Source: a virus. Taken from it: a stretch of 64,000 nucleotides of DNA. The DNA lies in IMG/VR virus record IMGVR_UViG_3300042475_001686, positions 53,493 through 117,492 of that record, one strand, 5' to 3'. The notes under the pieces were generated by a model. The model saw only the letters and a program-made list of their open reading frames with translations, ran no database searches and had not been told where the DNA came from. Position numbers and translations under genes: made by a program. Of this stretch, positions 28,070-39,300 are shown piece after piece (positions within the stretch are counted from its first letter, which is position 1; each line of letters opens with the position of its first letter).

Positions 28070-28612
28070 TTATATTGATTCTGACCAAATTGGTATAAAT
28101 CTACCATCTTCAGTCTTCGTATATGTAAGTATACCATCTCCCATTCGTCTCGTCAACTCAGCCTTTGTGGGAGTAATATCGTTTGTTATTAAATTATCTT
28201 TTCTTGGCCTACCAATATGATACGTAGCCAGTATATCACGTATCTCTTTTACTTGCGACTCAGCGTAGTATGATCTTACTTGCCATCCACGTGCCCCGCC
28301 TTTTTGAGATCCAGTAGGGAATGGAATAACACCACGCTTCATTAGTGAAGGCATATACTTTTTATGTCTATTAACAAGATCAGCAGTTTCTCCTACAGTA
28401 TATGCTCGTTCTCTTTTAGTTTTAAAATCACTAATCAAACAACTTTCTAATCTATCTTTTGTTATATTATATATTGACATAATGCCATTAGATCTGTTAT
28501 AATGCACAATCCTAACAAGGTCATTATTTAAAAACCATACCTTTTTATTTCCTGGTATTACAGGAGCGACATTGTATTCTTCGCTCGTTCTATTTCCTTT
28601 GCGAGTAGCCAT
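28070..28612 (-). CDS. MerR-like HTH DNA-binding protein
   Basis: AYTVGETADLVNRH......KRGVIP......R.YY. Confidence 0.6.
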   Translation of the reverse strand: MATRKGNRTSEEYNVAPVIPGNKKVWFLNNDLVRIVHYNRSNGIMSIYNITKDRLESCLISDFKTKRERAYTVGETADLVNRHKKYMPSLMKRGVIPFPTGSQKGGARGWQVRSYYAESQVKEIRDILATYHIGRPRKDNLITNDITPTKAELTRRMGDGILTYTKTEDGRFIPIWSESI

Positions 28613-28749
28613 CTACCTTCCTCCGAATCAGACGGCGGATGAAAAAACTTTCTTGATCCACACATTAAACAATAAATTTCTAAATGAGAAACAGAGTTGT
28701 AAATTCTGTCTATCATCATTTTTCTTGAACATTTTTTGCATGTTATCAT
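28558..28749 (-). CDS. Small zinc-ribbon protein
   Basis: CKKC...YCLMCG. Confidence 0.7.
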   Translation of the reverse strand: MITCKKCSRKMMIDRIYNSVSHLEIYCLMCGSRKFFHPPSDSEEGRWLLAKEIERAKNTMSLL

Positions 28750-29192
28750 TAATTAGGTATACCAACAATAATTAAATTAACACCTATGGAGACCTCTCCA
28801 GGTGAGTTGAAGTTAACTACTCCATCTACTCTTGATGTCGTAGGCTCTTTTAAAACAACTGTTACATTTTTACCAGCCTCTGTTGCACCTATATTAATTG
28901 GTGTGGCAGTAACAATTGGTGGATATTTAAATTCTGGTTTAAATTGATAAGAAAAAGATTGCTGACTTCCTACGCTTTGATTGCTGCTTTTAACAACATC
29001 AACGTATCCCGCAATTATTCTTGTCTCTGATATTTTTGCACTTTGTGACTGAAATTTTGGAACATCTACTGTAACATATTTATATATAGCAGGTGAAACT
29101 TGAACAGATAAATCATTGATAGCACGAACTATTTGATCTATATAAGATACATCTATTGGTTGCCCTGGTTCTGGTGATGGTATTTTTGCCAT
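28749..29192 (-). CDS. Minor tail / tail-fibre tip-like protein
   Basis: F..EFKYPPIVTATP...V.LIIVG beta-sandwich pattern at the end of the tail module. Confidence 0.55.
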   Translation of the reverse strand: MAKIPSPEPGQPIDVSYIDQIVRAINDLSVQVSPAIYKYVTVDVPKFQSQSAKISETRIIAGYVDVVKSSNQSVGSQQSFSYQFKPEFKYPPIVTATPINIGATEAGKNVTVVLKEPTTSRVDGVVNFNSPGEVSIGVNLIIVGIPN

Positions 29193-29208
29193 TATTCCTC
29201 CTGTCTAA

Positions 29209-29703
29209 TTATATCAGACTACCCTCGTTTTCAAATAATGTTGCAGACACAAATCTTTGTAGTGGTATAGTCTTGACCTGAACCGCAACCTTAACGTATG
29301 TTTTTGATGTAGGATACACGATAGAATAATTAGTGCTTGTTGTTGCAGCATAATACTGCCAATCTGGATCGCCGTTTTCGTCTAAATCATTATTCCACCA
29401 AACATAGATATGGTATTCTGAAACATTGTTTTGTGGTTGCCAAACTAGGTTTATAATTTTATCATTTGTGTTTACTATCATGCTGTTTAAAATTTCTTGT
29501 GCTGTATCTTGAGCGTTAATCTTGTATGCTGGAGACCAATGTGATGTTCTATTTTTATCCTCTGATATAAATCTATATCTTAGTATATATTTATTTATCT
29601 CTAATAAATCACCATTTTCGTCTATAAATTTTTTGCCTAAAAATCCTGGAAGTTCAGACTTTGGAATTATAATCTTTTTTATACCTTGATCTGGCGTACT
29701 CAT
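29209..29703 (-). CDS. Minor tail protein (Fn3-like)
   Basis: RYRFISEDKNRTSHWSP; position in the tail module. Confidence 0.55.
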   Translation of the reverse strand: MSTPDQGIKKIIIPKSELPGFLGKKFIDENGDLLEINKYILRYRFISEDKNRTSHWSPAYKINAQDTAQEILNSMIVNTNDKIINLVWQPQNNVSEYHIYVWWNNDLDENGDPDWQYYAATTSTNYSIVYPTSKTYVKVAVQVKTIPLQRFVSATLFENEGSLI

Positions 29704-30821
29704 TATTGCACATCCATGGCAAACCTAAATTCAATATAATTACTTGTATTTGCTGCCTTAACAATAGTTTCTGCATTTGTATTTTTTAATACAGTATAGC
29801 CAGTAAGTCCATATATTGGATTAGTGGTTGATACATTTTCAAATCTTACTGCGTCTAAGCCTACATAAAAATCTTCAGAAGGCGATCCATTTTTTATTAC
29901 GGAAGAATATATTTTAATAATACTTACATTGTTCCATGTAAAACCAGTGCTCTTATATAATTCTTGTAATTGTTTTGTAATTACATAATATCTTTGATTT
30001 GCAAAATCATAATCATCATCAGACATTACAATTTCAAATCTAGCCCATTCTCCAACACCAGCAGTATCGCTTTCTCCAAACTCTAATAATATTCTTACCT
30101 CATCTGGGACAATAGATGGATCTGGATCTTTATTGATAATACTAAATGCTAGTTTAATTTCATCGGTAGGAGCATTTTGATTAAAATCTAATGCTGTTCC
30201 TAGTAAGTGTATGTGATTTGATCCAGCATTAATAGATAGATGTTCTCCAGATAATTCTAAGTCTGAAATATCTCCTCTAAGCATAACTATATTATTATAA
30301 AACCTTGCTCTTTCATATCTTGAAATTCTGTCTGTATTAGTAAATAATCTATTGTCAGAGTTAGTCTGAAATGCTTCATAGGTTTGATTAATAACGTTAT
30401 CTTGATTAATGCCGTCCAGTGGTTCGTAAACTACTGGCAATTCTGTTGCAGATGTTTGATTATGATATTCCCAGTTTTCGTTTACAGTAAAAGCAAAAAG
30501 GGATCTGCTGTCGTATGCTCCAGCCGATGGATTGGCGCCTGCAGAATATATTCCTACTTCTGAAATTTCATATCTTTCGTCTGTAGGAAGTTCTGCTGTT
30601 AAAACAATCTTATTTACTCCGCCTTCATTAACATATCCTCTTGAAGTAATTGGTACTCTAAACATTTCAAAGTCTAAAGATTTTTTTGAGGAATAATCTC
30701 CAAAAGGCTGATTGCTTGCCAGTGGCTTTGATCCACAACCAATTGCTATATATGAGGCATAGGCGGGAGCCTGACCTATCAAATACTTGGCTAATATGCC
30801 TTTTCCTATGTTAGTAATCAT
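29703..30821 (-). CDS. Minor tail protein
   Basis: MITNIGK...YIAIGCG...L.FEMFRVPI...EISEVG, typical of tail collar/baseplate-like N-termini. Confidence 0.65.
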   Translation of the reverse strand: MITNIGKGILAKYLIGQAPAYASYIAIGCGSKPLASNQPFGDYSSKKSLDFEMFRVPITSRGYVNEGGVNKIVLTAELPTDERYEISEVGIYSAGANPSAGAYDSRSLFAFTVNENWEYHNQTSATELPVVYEPLDGINQDNVINQTYEAFQTNSDNRLFTNTDRISRYERARFYNNIVMLRGDISDLELSGEHLSINAGSNHIHLLGTALDFNQNAPTDEIKLAFSIINKDPDPSIVPDEVRILLEFGESDTAGVGEWARFEIVMSDDDYDFANQRYYVITKQLQELYKSTGFTWNNVSIIKIYSSVIKNGSPSEDFYVGLDAVRFENVSTTNPIYGLTGYTVLKNTNAETIVKAANTSNYIEFRFAMDVQ

Positions 30822-30823
30822 AA

Positions 30824-31318
30824 TTACACCTCATATATTGTATCATCTAATACAACCCCGTCAGAAATTATAGAAACTTCAACCTGCTCATCCCTAGCCA
30901 TATTTACGACATTAATAACCAGATTGCCAGTTTCTGCCTCTATATATACTATTGAGCAGTCTGGTCCAGTACCACATATAGGAACTTTGCTCGAAAAGTT
31001 AATTGGGAATTTTTTAAAATAGTTAAAATCTGTATCTTGTAGTGCTAAAATATTTTGTGGGTTATACTGAAAGTATAAGTTGGTTAAATTTTTAATAGGT
31101 TGATAAGTCACATTCTGACCATTAATAATGTCGGATCTTAATATATTTATTAATTCTTGTCCACCTATGTTTTCAAATATTAGGTCTGTCATTATTTCTA
31201 TTGGCGTTGACTCATCGTCAAATAGAATAATATCTGGTGTAGCACTTTTGACATCTGAAGTTTTTGGTTTCGGGGTTGGGCTGGATGAAGGAAGATTGGG
31301 TGTGCTACTAGTAGTCAT
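30824..31318 (-). CDS. Minor tail protein
   Basis: Position; start set at ATG 31318. Confidence 0.55.
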   Translation of the reverse strand: MTTSSTPNLPSSSPTPKPKTSDVKSATPDIILFDDESTPIEIMTDLIFENIGGQELINILRSDIINGQNVTYQPIKNLTNLYFQYNPQNILALQDTDFNYFKKFPINFSSKVPICGTGPDCSIVYIEAETGNLVINVVNMARDEQVEVSIISDGVVLDDTIYEV

Positions 31319-31319
31319 A

Positions 31320-34300
31320 TTAAACCTCACTCATATAAATAGTCATCTCTGGGCCATCATTGTTTTTATTGTACTCTATGTGATATACAACAAACTTAGT
31401 ATCCTCAGATGCTATTATATCAGTTCCACTATTATCTTTATATGATATGTTTACTAAGTCTCCTAATTGAATAGTTGCATTAGCAAATATTTTTACCCCG
31501 ACATTTTTTCTTGGTCTTAAAATTTTATTAATAACCCAACTCATTAATTCGTTTGCATCATCGTTAGATTGAACATAGACTGGGTCTAGTGAAAATTCTT
31601 TTTTGCCGTAGGTGAGCCTACTAGTTTTTATTTTGTCATAGTCTATTGCAGCCTTTAAAGGAGAAACTATTGTTCCATCTTTTCCAATAACTGGATCTGA
31701 GAAGTTAGCATTTTTAGCAAAATAAGAATCAACGGTAAGTTGATTGTTAGATTCTTGAGTAAAGGCTATGCCTTGTATTCTAAGATAGTTACCGCTTGTT
31801 TCGTCAAGATTGATTGAGGTATCTGTTGCATTGAATATTAAAAATTCTGCCCCGTAAGATCCTGCTTTAAAACCAGATACCGTGTAACCTTTTATTCTAT
31901 TAAAGGTAGGAGACAGTTGTGCATATATTGCTGGGTAGGCCTTATCATATTTAACTTTTAGATACGCTGCCTCTCTCATAATAGTTCCGAACTCATCAAA
32001 ATAAATATTAAATGATGGTGGTTGACCAGTATTTATTCCTGATAAGTATGTTGACTGCACCATTCCAGACATAGCATATTTTCTAAATGATTCGTTTGCA
32101 TCAATATGCTCATCGCCAAATGCTGATGCGACTGGAGTCTCTAAAGAAAAAGATGTATTTTGGCTATAGTTATTAGCAAGTGCATATACATTTTCAAACA
32201 TACACTTTGAACCACCACGCACAAATAATGCAATGTTATTGTATACTGGCAATGGTCTTGGATCATCTACAATCTTAACCAGGTTATTATTAATGTATAA
32301 ATAAAATCTTCTTACGGAGCCAATGTCCTGATACTCTACAGCAAGATCATACACAGTTGGATTTTGCTCTCCCATCATTCTTGCCTGTCCAGTAAACTTA
32401 CCATCATCAATGATAATGTTGCTTAGTCCACCCCATAACTTTATTGGAACTGCTTTTCCATTTGAATCAGTTTTAACTTTATAAAAAATTACGTTATGTA
32501 TATTGTCTACATCAGAAGAATATTCGCTTACATTTTTTTCTGTTAGTGCAACAATTTCAAAATAATATCCTACATTTGTATCTGGATTTATCATAACCGC
32601 TATTCCTCCAGACCCTCCAGAAATATTTAATTGCTGGTTTGGCTGTGTTCCAGATAATACATAATATGAAACTGCGTTAACTGGTGTTTGTTCCTTTGTG
32701 TCTCCTATTTCTACCTTTCCGATAATACGCATTCTTGTACCAAAATGCTTGTATTTATTATCCAAAGACTTGTATTGATACGAAACAAAGTCTAACGCTG
32801 GTTCTGTTTGGCTGAAAGATGGCCCAGTCATAACCAGTGCTGACGACTGAACTGATCCTGCCTGTGTTGATCTATTTGTATTATTTTCAGATTCATTTAA
32901 ATATGAATAAGATAAAAAGTTTTTAATTACTCCAGTTCTTGTATTTAGTTTTGCTTTTGCTGGATCTGGAGAACCAGGTATTGTTACAGACAAATCTTCC
33001 TCTAATATTTCTTGCTGCGTGTAAACATCTCCAGGGCGCAAACCAAATAACTTATAACTAAGCATATTAAATCCACGAACATAGGTATCATTTTTCCAAT
33101 ATGTATTTAAACCAGCATCATGGGAGACAATGTTAGTACCAAACTGACCACGACCATGTCTTGCAACGTCTCCATTTTTCATAACCGTTATACCATTAAT
33201 AACCTCGTACTTTGGTTCAGCATAAATTCTTACAAGACCAGTTGGATATATCTTTCCATTGAAGGTAAGTTTAGACATGTAATCTTGATATTCTTGATTA
33301 CTGCTAATCCATACATTTCCTATTGCCCCGACAGTTTCTGTAGTATATGAGAACTTGCCATCTGATTCTTCTCTTAAAATATTTTTTTGTGCACCTGGAA
33401 TGCTATATTGAACTGCATCAAACTTAATTATTTCTCCGTTGGCATAAAAATATCCATTATATCTTCCCAACCAATAAACAGCCTCTCCTAAATCAATTAC
33501 GTTGTTTGTTAATCTATTCCCAACCACAGATGGTGGTTGATTTGACAAATTAGAGTTAAGTGGTATTGCAGATAAGTTGTACGCAGATTGATTAGATACC
33601 TCGTTATTTATAGATCTAACATTTTGATCTCCAGTTATTTCCCATAGCAAGGCTGGCTTATATATCCAATTTTTTGCAGCAACTTCATTATCAATCATAG
33701 ACGCTTGCTTTATACTTCCATAAGATCTTTGTATGTATCTTGTGTTATAGTTAATAACTCCATCATTATAAATGTTTCTTTCTTCTGATGAAATATCTAT
33801 AATGTTTGATATTTTTTCTTGAGTACTTACATTTTCTTTAGGACCAACCTTAACTAAATCATTTGATCCGTATAAAGTAGTATCAACCTGTCTTTCATCA
33901 TTTGAAGGTAGCATATAGTTTTTACTCATCATTACAAAATTATTGTACTCATCAAAAAACATTGCGGTTTGAGTAGATATTGCTAAATCATTTAATATTT
34001 CTGCTACAGTTTTATCTGGTGGAATAAAGAAAAATGGAATCATTAATTCTTTTTCATTTTCTATTCTTTTAAATACATAATTAGAAAATCCAACTGAATC
34101 CAATAGTAATGATATGGCATAACTAAGAGAAACATTTGTTACTAACATTTCTGGTGCTTTAATTGATTCAAAATAAAAATATAAATCTCTAAGATTAATG
34201 TCAACTTTTTTATCAGAATGTGAAATTGCTGGGAACCCTTCTGAGTACATAGTTTTAATAGGAACAAAATAATCATAGCCATTTACATTAACAGTAATAT

Positions 34301-35717
34301 CATAAAACTTTATCTGTATATTGTTTGATATATAATTTTTTATAATGCTTTCTGTATTGTTTTCGTTAAATGAATTATCGTAATCAAAAATATTTAATGT
34401 ACCATTAGAGGCCAGTAGTTGACCGACTGGGAGTCCGCTTGTTCCTAAGTCTGACGCTGTCTTAGATACATTGAAGGCTACAACCTTATCTGTAATGTCT
34501 GCACTAAGTCTTGGCGATAGTTCAATTAAGTCAAAAGTAGAATTTACTTTGTTCATTGTATCAATTACTATTCTTAGTCCCTTTATAAACTCAAACTCTC
34601 TATAAATATCTCTACCGTCAGAGGTTGAAGTAAACTTAACTGGGCTAACAAAATCAGTTACAAAATTTGTAAGTCTATCTACAGTTTCTTCTTCTAAAGA
34701 CCAACCGTACTCTGGTATAAAAATTTCCCATTGATTATTAAACCAAATATGGTACTCGCCTAAATCTTGAGGATTTGGTTTAATTAAATATGCATATCCA
34801 TTAACAGATTTTTCTGGTTTAAAAGAAACATCTGAGTACTCTTCAGCCCTAACAAATACATCACGATATTTATCAGGAACCTTTAACCCGTAAGATAGTT
34901 CAACATATCCATCACTACTAATTATTGGGAAGCCACTTCTTCTTGTTGTTCCTGAGTTAAAGTTAATTATATCTACCCAATTATTTCCCTGCAAAGACTG
35001 AATCTTCCATTTTACGGGAGTAGTTTTATTAGCATCTCCGTACAAAGGATCTGAAAAAGAGCCAGAGGAGTTTGAGAACGGACCCAAGTCTACGGAGCCT
35101 ACATTTGTTTGCATTTTAATAACTATTCTATTTGCAGGAACTGGATTGTCATAAACAACAAATGGGGCAGCATCATCTATAAAATGTTGACCATTAACAA
35201 AATTATTAGCAATACCACGAAGTGTTCCTTGATCTGATCTAAACGATGTCCAGTATTTAAAGTTATCATTCTTATCAGCCATATAGTACCTTGGTCTATT
35301 TGCCATGTTAATATTTGAGTGATGTATTTTTCTTCCTGGAAAATATACTGCTTTATTAATTCCTGATCTTGGTCTAAACTTTTTAAAACAATCCTCAAGA
35401 GAATATAGCATTGATGACTTTTTATTTTCTGCTAATAGGAACCATGGCTCTTCGTTATCTTCAGGACTAATTCCACCGTCAACAACTATATCTGAATTTG
35501 TTGCTCCCGTATAAAAGTTTCCAATGTCATTAACGTCAAAAGTGTTTGGCAATAGTTTGTATTTTTCGGAATTTTCTGCAATTGGTCTATATCTATAATT
35601 TCCAATTCTAAAAATATTATTAGCAATATTCATATTCCACTCTGCTATTACTGCAGACTGTGTTCTAACAGTTGGAGATGTTTCTAAAAATAATTTTAGG
35701 TCTTTATTCTGAAACAT
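31320..35717 (-). CDS. Large minor tail (hub/central tail-tip) protein
   Basis: About 1465 aa second gene after the tape measure; AMFFDEYNNF and C-terminal IQLGDLVNI; start ATG 35717. Confidence 0.7.
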   Translation of the reverse strand: MFQNKDLKLFLETSPTVRTQSAVIAEWNMNIANNIFRIGNYRYRPIAENSEKYKLLPNTFDVNDIGNFYTGATNSDIVVDGGISPEDNEEPWFLLAENKKSSMLYSLEDCFKKFRPRSGINKAVYFPGRKIHHSNINMANRPRYYMADKNDNFKYWTSFRSDQGTLRGIANNFVNGQHFIDDAAPFVVYDNPVPANRIVIKMQTNVGSVDLGPFSNSSGSFSDPLYGDANKTTPVKWKIQSLQGNNWVDIINFNSGTTRRSGFPIISSDGYVELSYGLKVPDKYRDVFVRAEEYSDVSFKPEKSVNGYAYLIKPNPQDLGEYHIWFNNQWEIFIPEYGWSLEEETVDRLTNFVTDFVSPVKFTSTSDGRDIYREFEFIKGLRIVIDTMNKVNSTFDLIELSPRLSADITDKVVAFNVSKTASDLGTSGLPVGQLLASNGTLNIFDYDNSFNENNTESIIKNYISNNIQIKFYDITVNVNGYDYFVPIKTMYSEGFPAISHSDKKVDINLRDLYFYFESIKAPEMLVTNVSLSYAISLLLDSVGFSNYVFKRIENEKELMIPFFFIPPDKTVAEILNDLAISTQTAMFFDEYNNFVMMSKNYMLPSNDERQVDTTLYGSNDLVKVGPKENVSTQEKISNIIDISSEERNIYNDGVINYNTRYIQRSYGSIKQASMIDNEVAAKNWIYKPALLWEITGDQNVRSINNEVSNQSAYNLSAIPLNSNLSNQPPSVVGNRLTNNVIDLGEAVYWLGRYNGYFYANGEIIKFDAVQYSIPGAQKNILREESDGKFSYTTETVGAIGNVWISSNQEYQDYMSKLTFNGKIYPTGLVRIYAEPKYEVINGITVMKNGDVARHGRGQFGTNIVSHDAGLNTYWKNDTYVRGFNMLSYKLFGLRPGDVYTQQEILEEDLSVTIPGSPDPAKAKLNTRTGVIKNFLSYSYLNESENNTNRSTQAGSVQSSALVMTGPSFSQTEPALDFVSYQYKSLDNKYKHFGTRMRIIGKVEIGDTKEQTPVNAVSYYVLSGTQPNQQLNISGGSGGIAVMINPDTNVGYYFEIVALTEKNVSEYSSDVDNIHNVIFYKVKTDSNGKAVPIKLWGGLSNIIIDDGKFTGQARMMGEQNPTVYDLAVEYQDIGSVRRFYLYINNNLVKIVDDPRPLPVYNNIALFVRGGSKCMFENVYALANNYSQNTSFSLETPVASAFGDEHIDANESFRKYAMSGMVQSTYLSGINTGQPPSFNIYFDEFGTIMREAAYLKVKYDKAYPAIYAQLSPTFNRIKGYTVSGFKAGSYGAEFLIFNATDTSINLDETSGNYLRIQGIAFTQESNNQLTVDSYFAKNANFSDPVIGKDGTIVSPLKAAIDYDKIKTSRLTYGKKEFSLDPVYVQSNDDANELMSWVINKILRPRKNVGVKIFANATIQLGDLVNISYKDNSGTDIIASEDTKFVVYHIEYNKNNDGPEMTIYMSEV

Positions 35718-36358
35718 TATACCTCTTCCAAAGTAACCGAAATATTCCAAAAGTCAAAATTACTATTTCCACGTTTTACAACGTTATAACTAAAATCAGC
35801 AAAATACATTTGTACTAATTGATTATATTGTGGAAGGTGTGCATAAGCATCATTATCTTTTCCAAAATTAGAATACTTATCATAAGCAAGATAGACCCAA
35901 AATGGACCTTGGTGATTTTCATACCAATCTAAAATTTCTACACCGCCTGCGCCACCATCGCTTGTGTACTCTAAATTATTTTGTCCGCCATGCGGGGACT
36001 TACCAGTTGTAGGATTAAACTCTGGAACTGTAAAGTATGATCTTGAGGGAAGCATATCCCATGAAGTTGATAGAGTTAGTTTATCGGCAATGTGATAAGA
36101 TCTCATTCTTCCGTTAATCATTCTTTCTCTTGTTTCAATTCTTTTAATATTAAAATCTAATGGACCTCTATTATCATCAGACAATATTAAAAATTGATTA
36201 TAAACAGATTCGTCTGTTTCTGAACCTGGATCTTGGCCTACCTCTAATCCATTTGGAATATACAAACCAGAAATTAATGTGCCAGAGTTCTCAGACCATA
36301 GCATTGCCTGTGGTCTACCATATTTTTTTCTACCTGTCATGTATGATGATGTTGACAT
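35717..36358 (-). CDS. Distal tail-like protein
   Basis: Immediately downstream of the tape measure; ends FWNISVTLEEV. Confidence 0.65.
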   Translation of the reverse strand: MSTSSYMTGRKKYGRPQAMLWSENSGTLISGLYIPNGLEVGQDPGSETDESVYNQFLILSDDNRGPLDFNIKRIETRERMINGRMRSYHIADKLTLSTSWDMLPSRSYFTVPEFNPTTGKSPHGGQNNLEYTSDGGAGGVEILDWYENHQGPFWVYLAYDKYSNFGKDNDAYAHLPQYNQLVQMYFADFSYNVVKRGNSNFDFWNISVTLEEV

Positions 36359-39300
36359 TATATTCTGGCTCCTCTAAGTCTCTTTGAATCTACCTGCTTA
36401 ATGTGACTCATTACTGCCCGTGCAATTTCATCAGGGTTTGCATCAGACTTAACATTTACACTAATACTATAATTATACACTGAGTCTCCAACTGAGTCTC
36501 CATTGTTTATTGCCTTCATCTTATCTACACCATAATTTTCAACTGCGTAACGACTCATCACAAACTCACCTGGAGTTAGCATTGCTGGAACTATGTCTGT
36601 TCCAAGTGATAATCCGCCCTTTGCAAAATATTTAGTTGGAATTAATCCTCCAGAACTTCTAAATGCCATTCCGCCATAAGGATTAATCCAAGCCCCTGCT
36701 CTTGCTGCTCTTTCTTCCGCTTCTCTTTCTGCTGCTGCTTTTTCTGCTGCTGCTTTTGCTTCTGCTGCTGCTTTTGCGGCTGCTGCATCTGCTTCAGCCT
36801 TTAATCTTGCTTCTTCTCTTAATCTTGCTTCTGCTGCAGAATCAGTAGTAGATCCTGTATTTCCTGTATTTACAGTACCACCTTTAACCCATCCTCTATT
36901 GTCGTCCCATTCATAATCTCCAACTGGTTTAGGTGGTTTTGTCCATCCGCCTTTACCGTCTGAGATCCAGGCAGCGCCAGGTTGTTTTTGGTTATTAGTA
37001 TTAGTATTACCAGTGTTGGTATTAGTATTGCCAGTGTTAGTGCTGGAACTACTTGAACTACTAGAACTGCTTGAACTGCTAGAGCCACCAAGATCTATAG
37101 TTGTTATATATCTTGTAATGTTTTCTGTAATATTTCTTATTTCATTAATTATGGTTTCTGTTTCTACACTATCTGGAATTGCATTTATAGTTGCTAAAAT
37201 TGATGTCCATGAAGTATCTGATGCTGATGCTGCTGCTGCAGCACCTTCCATTGCTAAAGCATAGGCTTCTGCTAAACCTTCTATTGCCTCTAACTTTATA
37301 ACCATATTTTCATAATCTTCTAAAGTCATGCCAGCACTGTCATCGATGTCTTCTGCTGCATCAACTATACTTTGTAGATATTGTTCCTGTTGGAATAAAT
37401 TATCTTCTTGATCTTGATATTTCTTTACTATTTTTTCTTGTTCGGCAAGATTTGCTTTTGCTGCAGTAACTTGTGCCTGAGCAGCAGTAACTCCTTTTTC
37501 AGCCTCAAGTACAGAAGCCTTAGCAGCAGCAAGTTCGGCCTCTGCTGCTATTTTTATCTTTTCAATTGCTGCAGCACGGCCTTCTTCAATCTTAGCAATA
37601 TTTGCTTTAATAGTTTCGATTTGTTTTTCTAATTCTAGTCTTGCAGGATCATTTTCTAATTTATAAATTGCCTGACTAATCTGGAACTGTCTTTCAGAAA
37701 TTTGTTCTCTGGTCATTCCAGTTTCTGCGCCACGCAAAGAATTAAGTTCATTCTTTCTGGCTTGTTCAAGAGATGACATCTGAGCATTTGCCATTCTTTC
37801 TTGTTCTGATGCTCTCATTTCCTGTGCTGCTCTTGCTGCTGCTGCTATATCACCTTGAGATAATGCATCTGCTAAACCTAATTGCTGCTGTTGTGAGGCA
37901 GCAATATCTTGATTAATTTCGTTTACTTTTTGCAATGCTTCTAATTGTTTATCATATTTTTCATTAATTGATTCAGCCTGATAATCCATTATTGCAAGAT
38001 CATTATTTAATTTATCAGATTCCTTATTTAATTTATCAACTTCATCTTGATATTTAATCTTAATTTGTTTTTCAATTGAATCTATCTTATCTTCTTCTGC
38101 TTTTATTAGGTTGTCTATTCTCTTATTTTCATTATCAATTGCTTTTTCTAAATTATCTTGAGCGGCATCTAAACGATCTTGGGCAGCAGATAAAGCATCT
38201 TCAGCAGAAGATAAAGCATCTTGAGCAGCATTTACATTGCCTTGTAACTGACTTGCTCTTTGTTGTGCTAACCCTAATGTTTGAGCATTGGCTGCTCTTT
38301 GTTTTTGAATTGATGCAAGTGTTTGTCCTGCTCCGATTTGAGGAATTGCAAGACCAGCAGCCTTATATCTTTCTGCCACAGTAGCCATTGCTTGCTGCCC
38401 AATATTTTGTCCACCAACCTGTTTTCCAGTTTTTTTATCTGTTCTTATTGCTGTTGTAATTCCTGGTAATTCTGAAAGAGTCATATTAGAGTATGCAAGT
38501 TTTCTGGCTTTCATAACCTTTTGTGCTGCTTCAAAACCTGTTCTTGCTTGTTCTGCAGGACTTGATGTAGCAAAATCTATTGCAACTTGTAGTTTTGAAT
38601 TTGCTTTTATTGCATTAAGTCCATCTACTATTTCTTTTAATCTATCCCTAGCATCTGCAGCGCCAGACTCATAATCTTGCATTGCAGCAATTGCTGCTGA
38701 AAGTTGTTCTGGATCTTTTATAATATCTAACATTGCACCCTTTGACAATGTTATTCCTTCCTTTGACATCTTTTGGAAGAATTCTAAAACCTTTGGAACC
38801 TGTTTAATGTTTGCAGCCTGTTCTAGCGCCTGAGAGCCTTTTGAAATAAGACCATTAATTCTCTCTCTTATAACTACCTGATTGTTAAGTGCAGCATTTG
38901 TTTTTAAATCTTGCTCTGTAATTTTTCCATTTGCAATTGCAGAAGTAGTATATTCATCTTGTAAAATTCTTTCAATAGCAGTAGCACTATATCCAAGGGC
39001 AACTAACTTTCTTCTTGTTACTTCTTGCTCATTAAGAATTGCTAAAGACTTACCAGCAGCAGTATTAAACTCTCCAATAATAGCAGCATCAAAAGCCTTT
39101 GACATTGTTTTTGCATTATCAGCAAGAACAACATCTCCAACCTTTGCACCCTTTGGTAATAGTTTTTTACCCTTTGGATCAAATGGATCTACGACTCTTC
39201 CTTTATTTTTACCTCTTTTTATTTTGGTAGTCGCAGTCTTCATAAACTTGGCTTGTTCTGCTGGATCTAAATTCATTAACCAGTCAGCGAACTGCCTACT

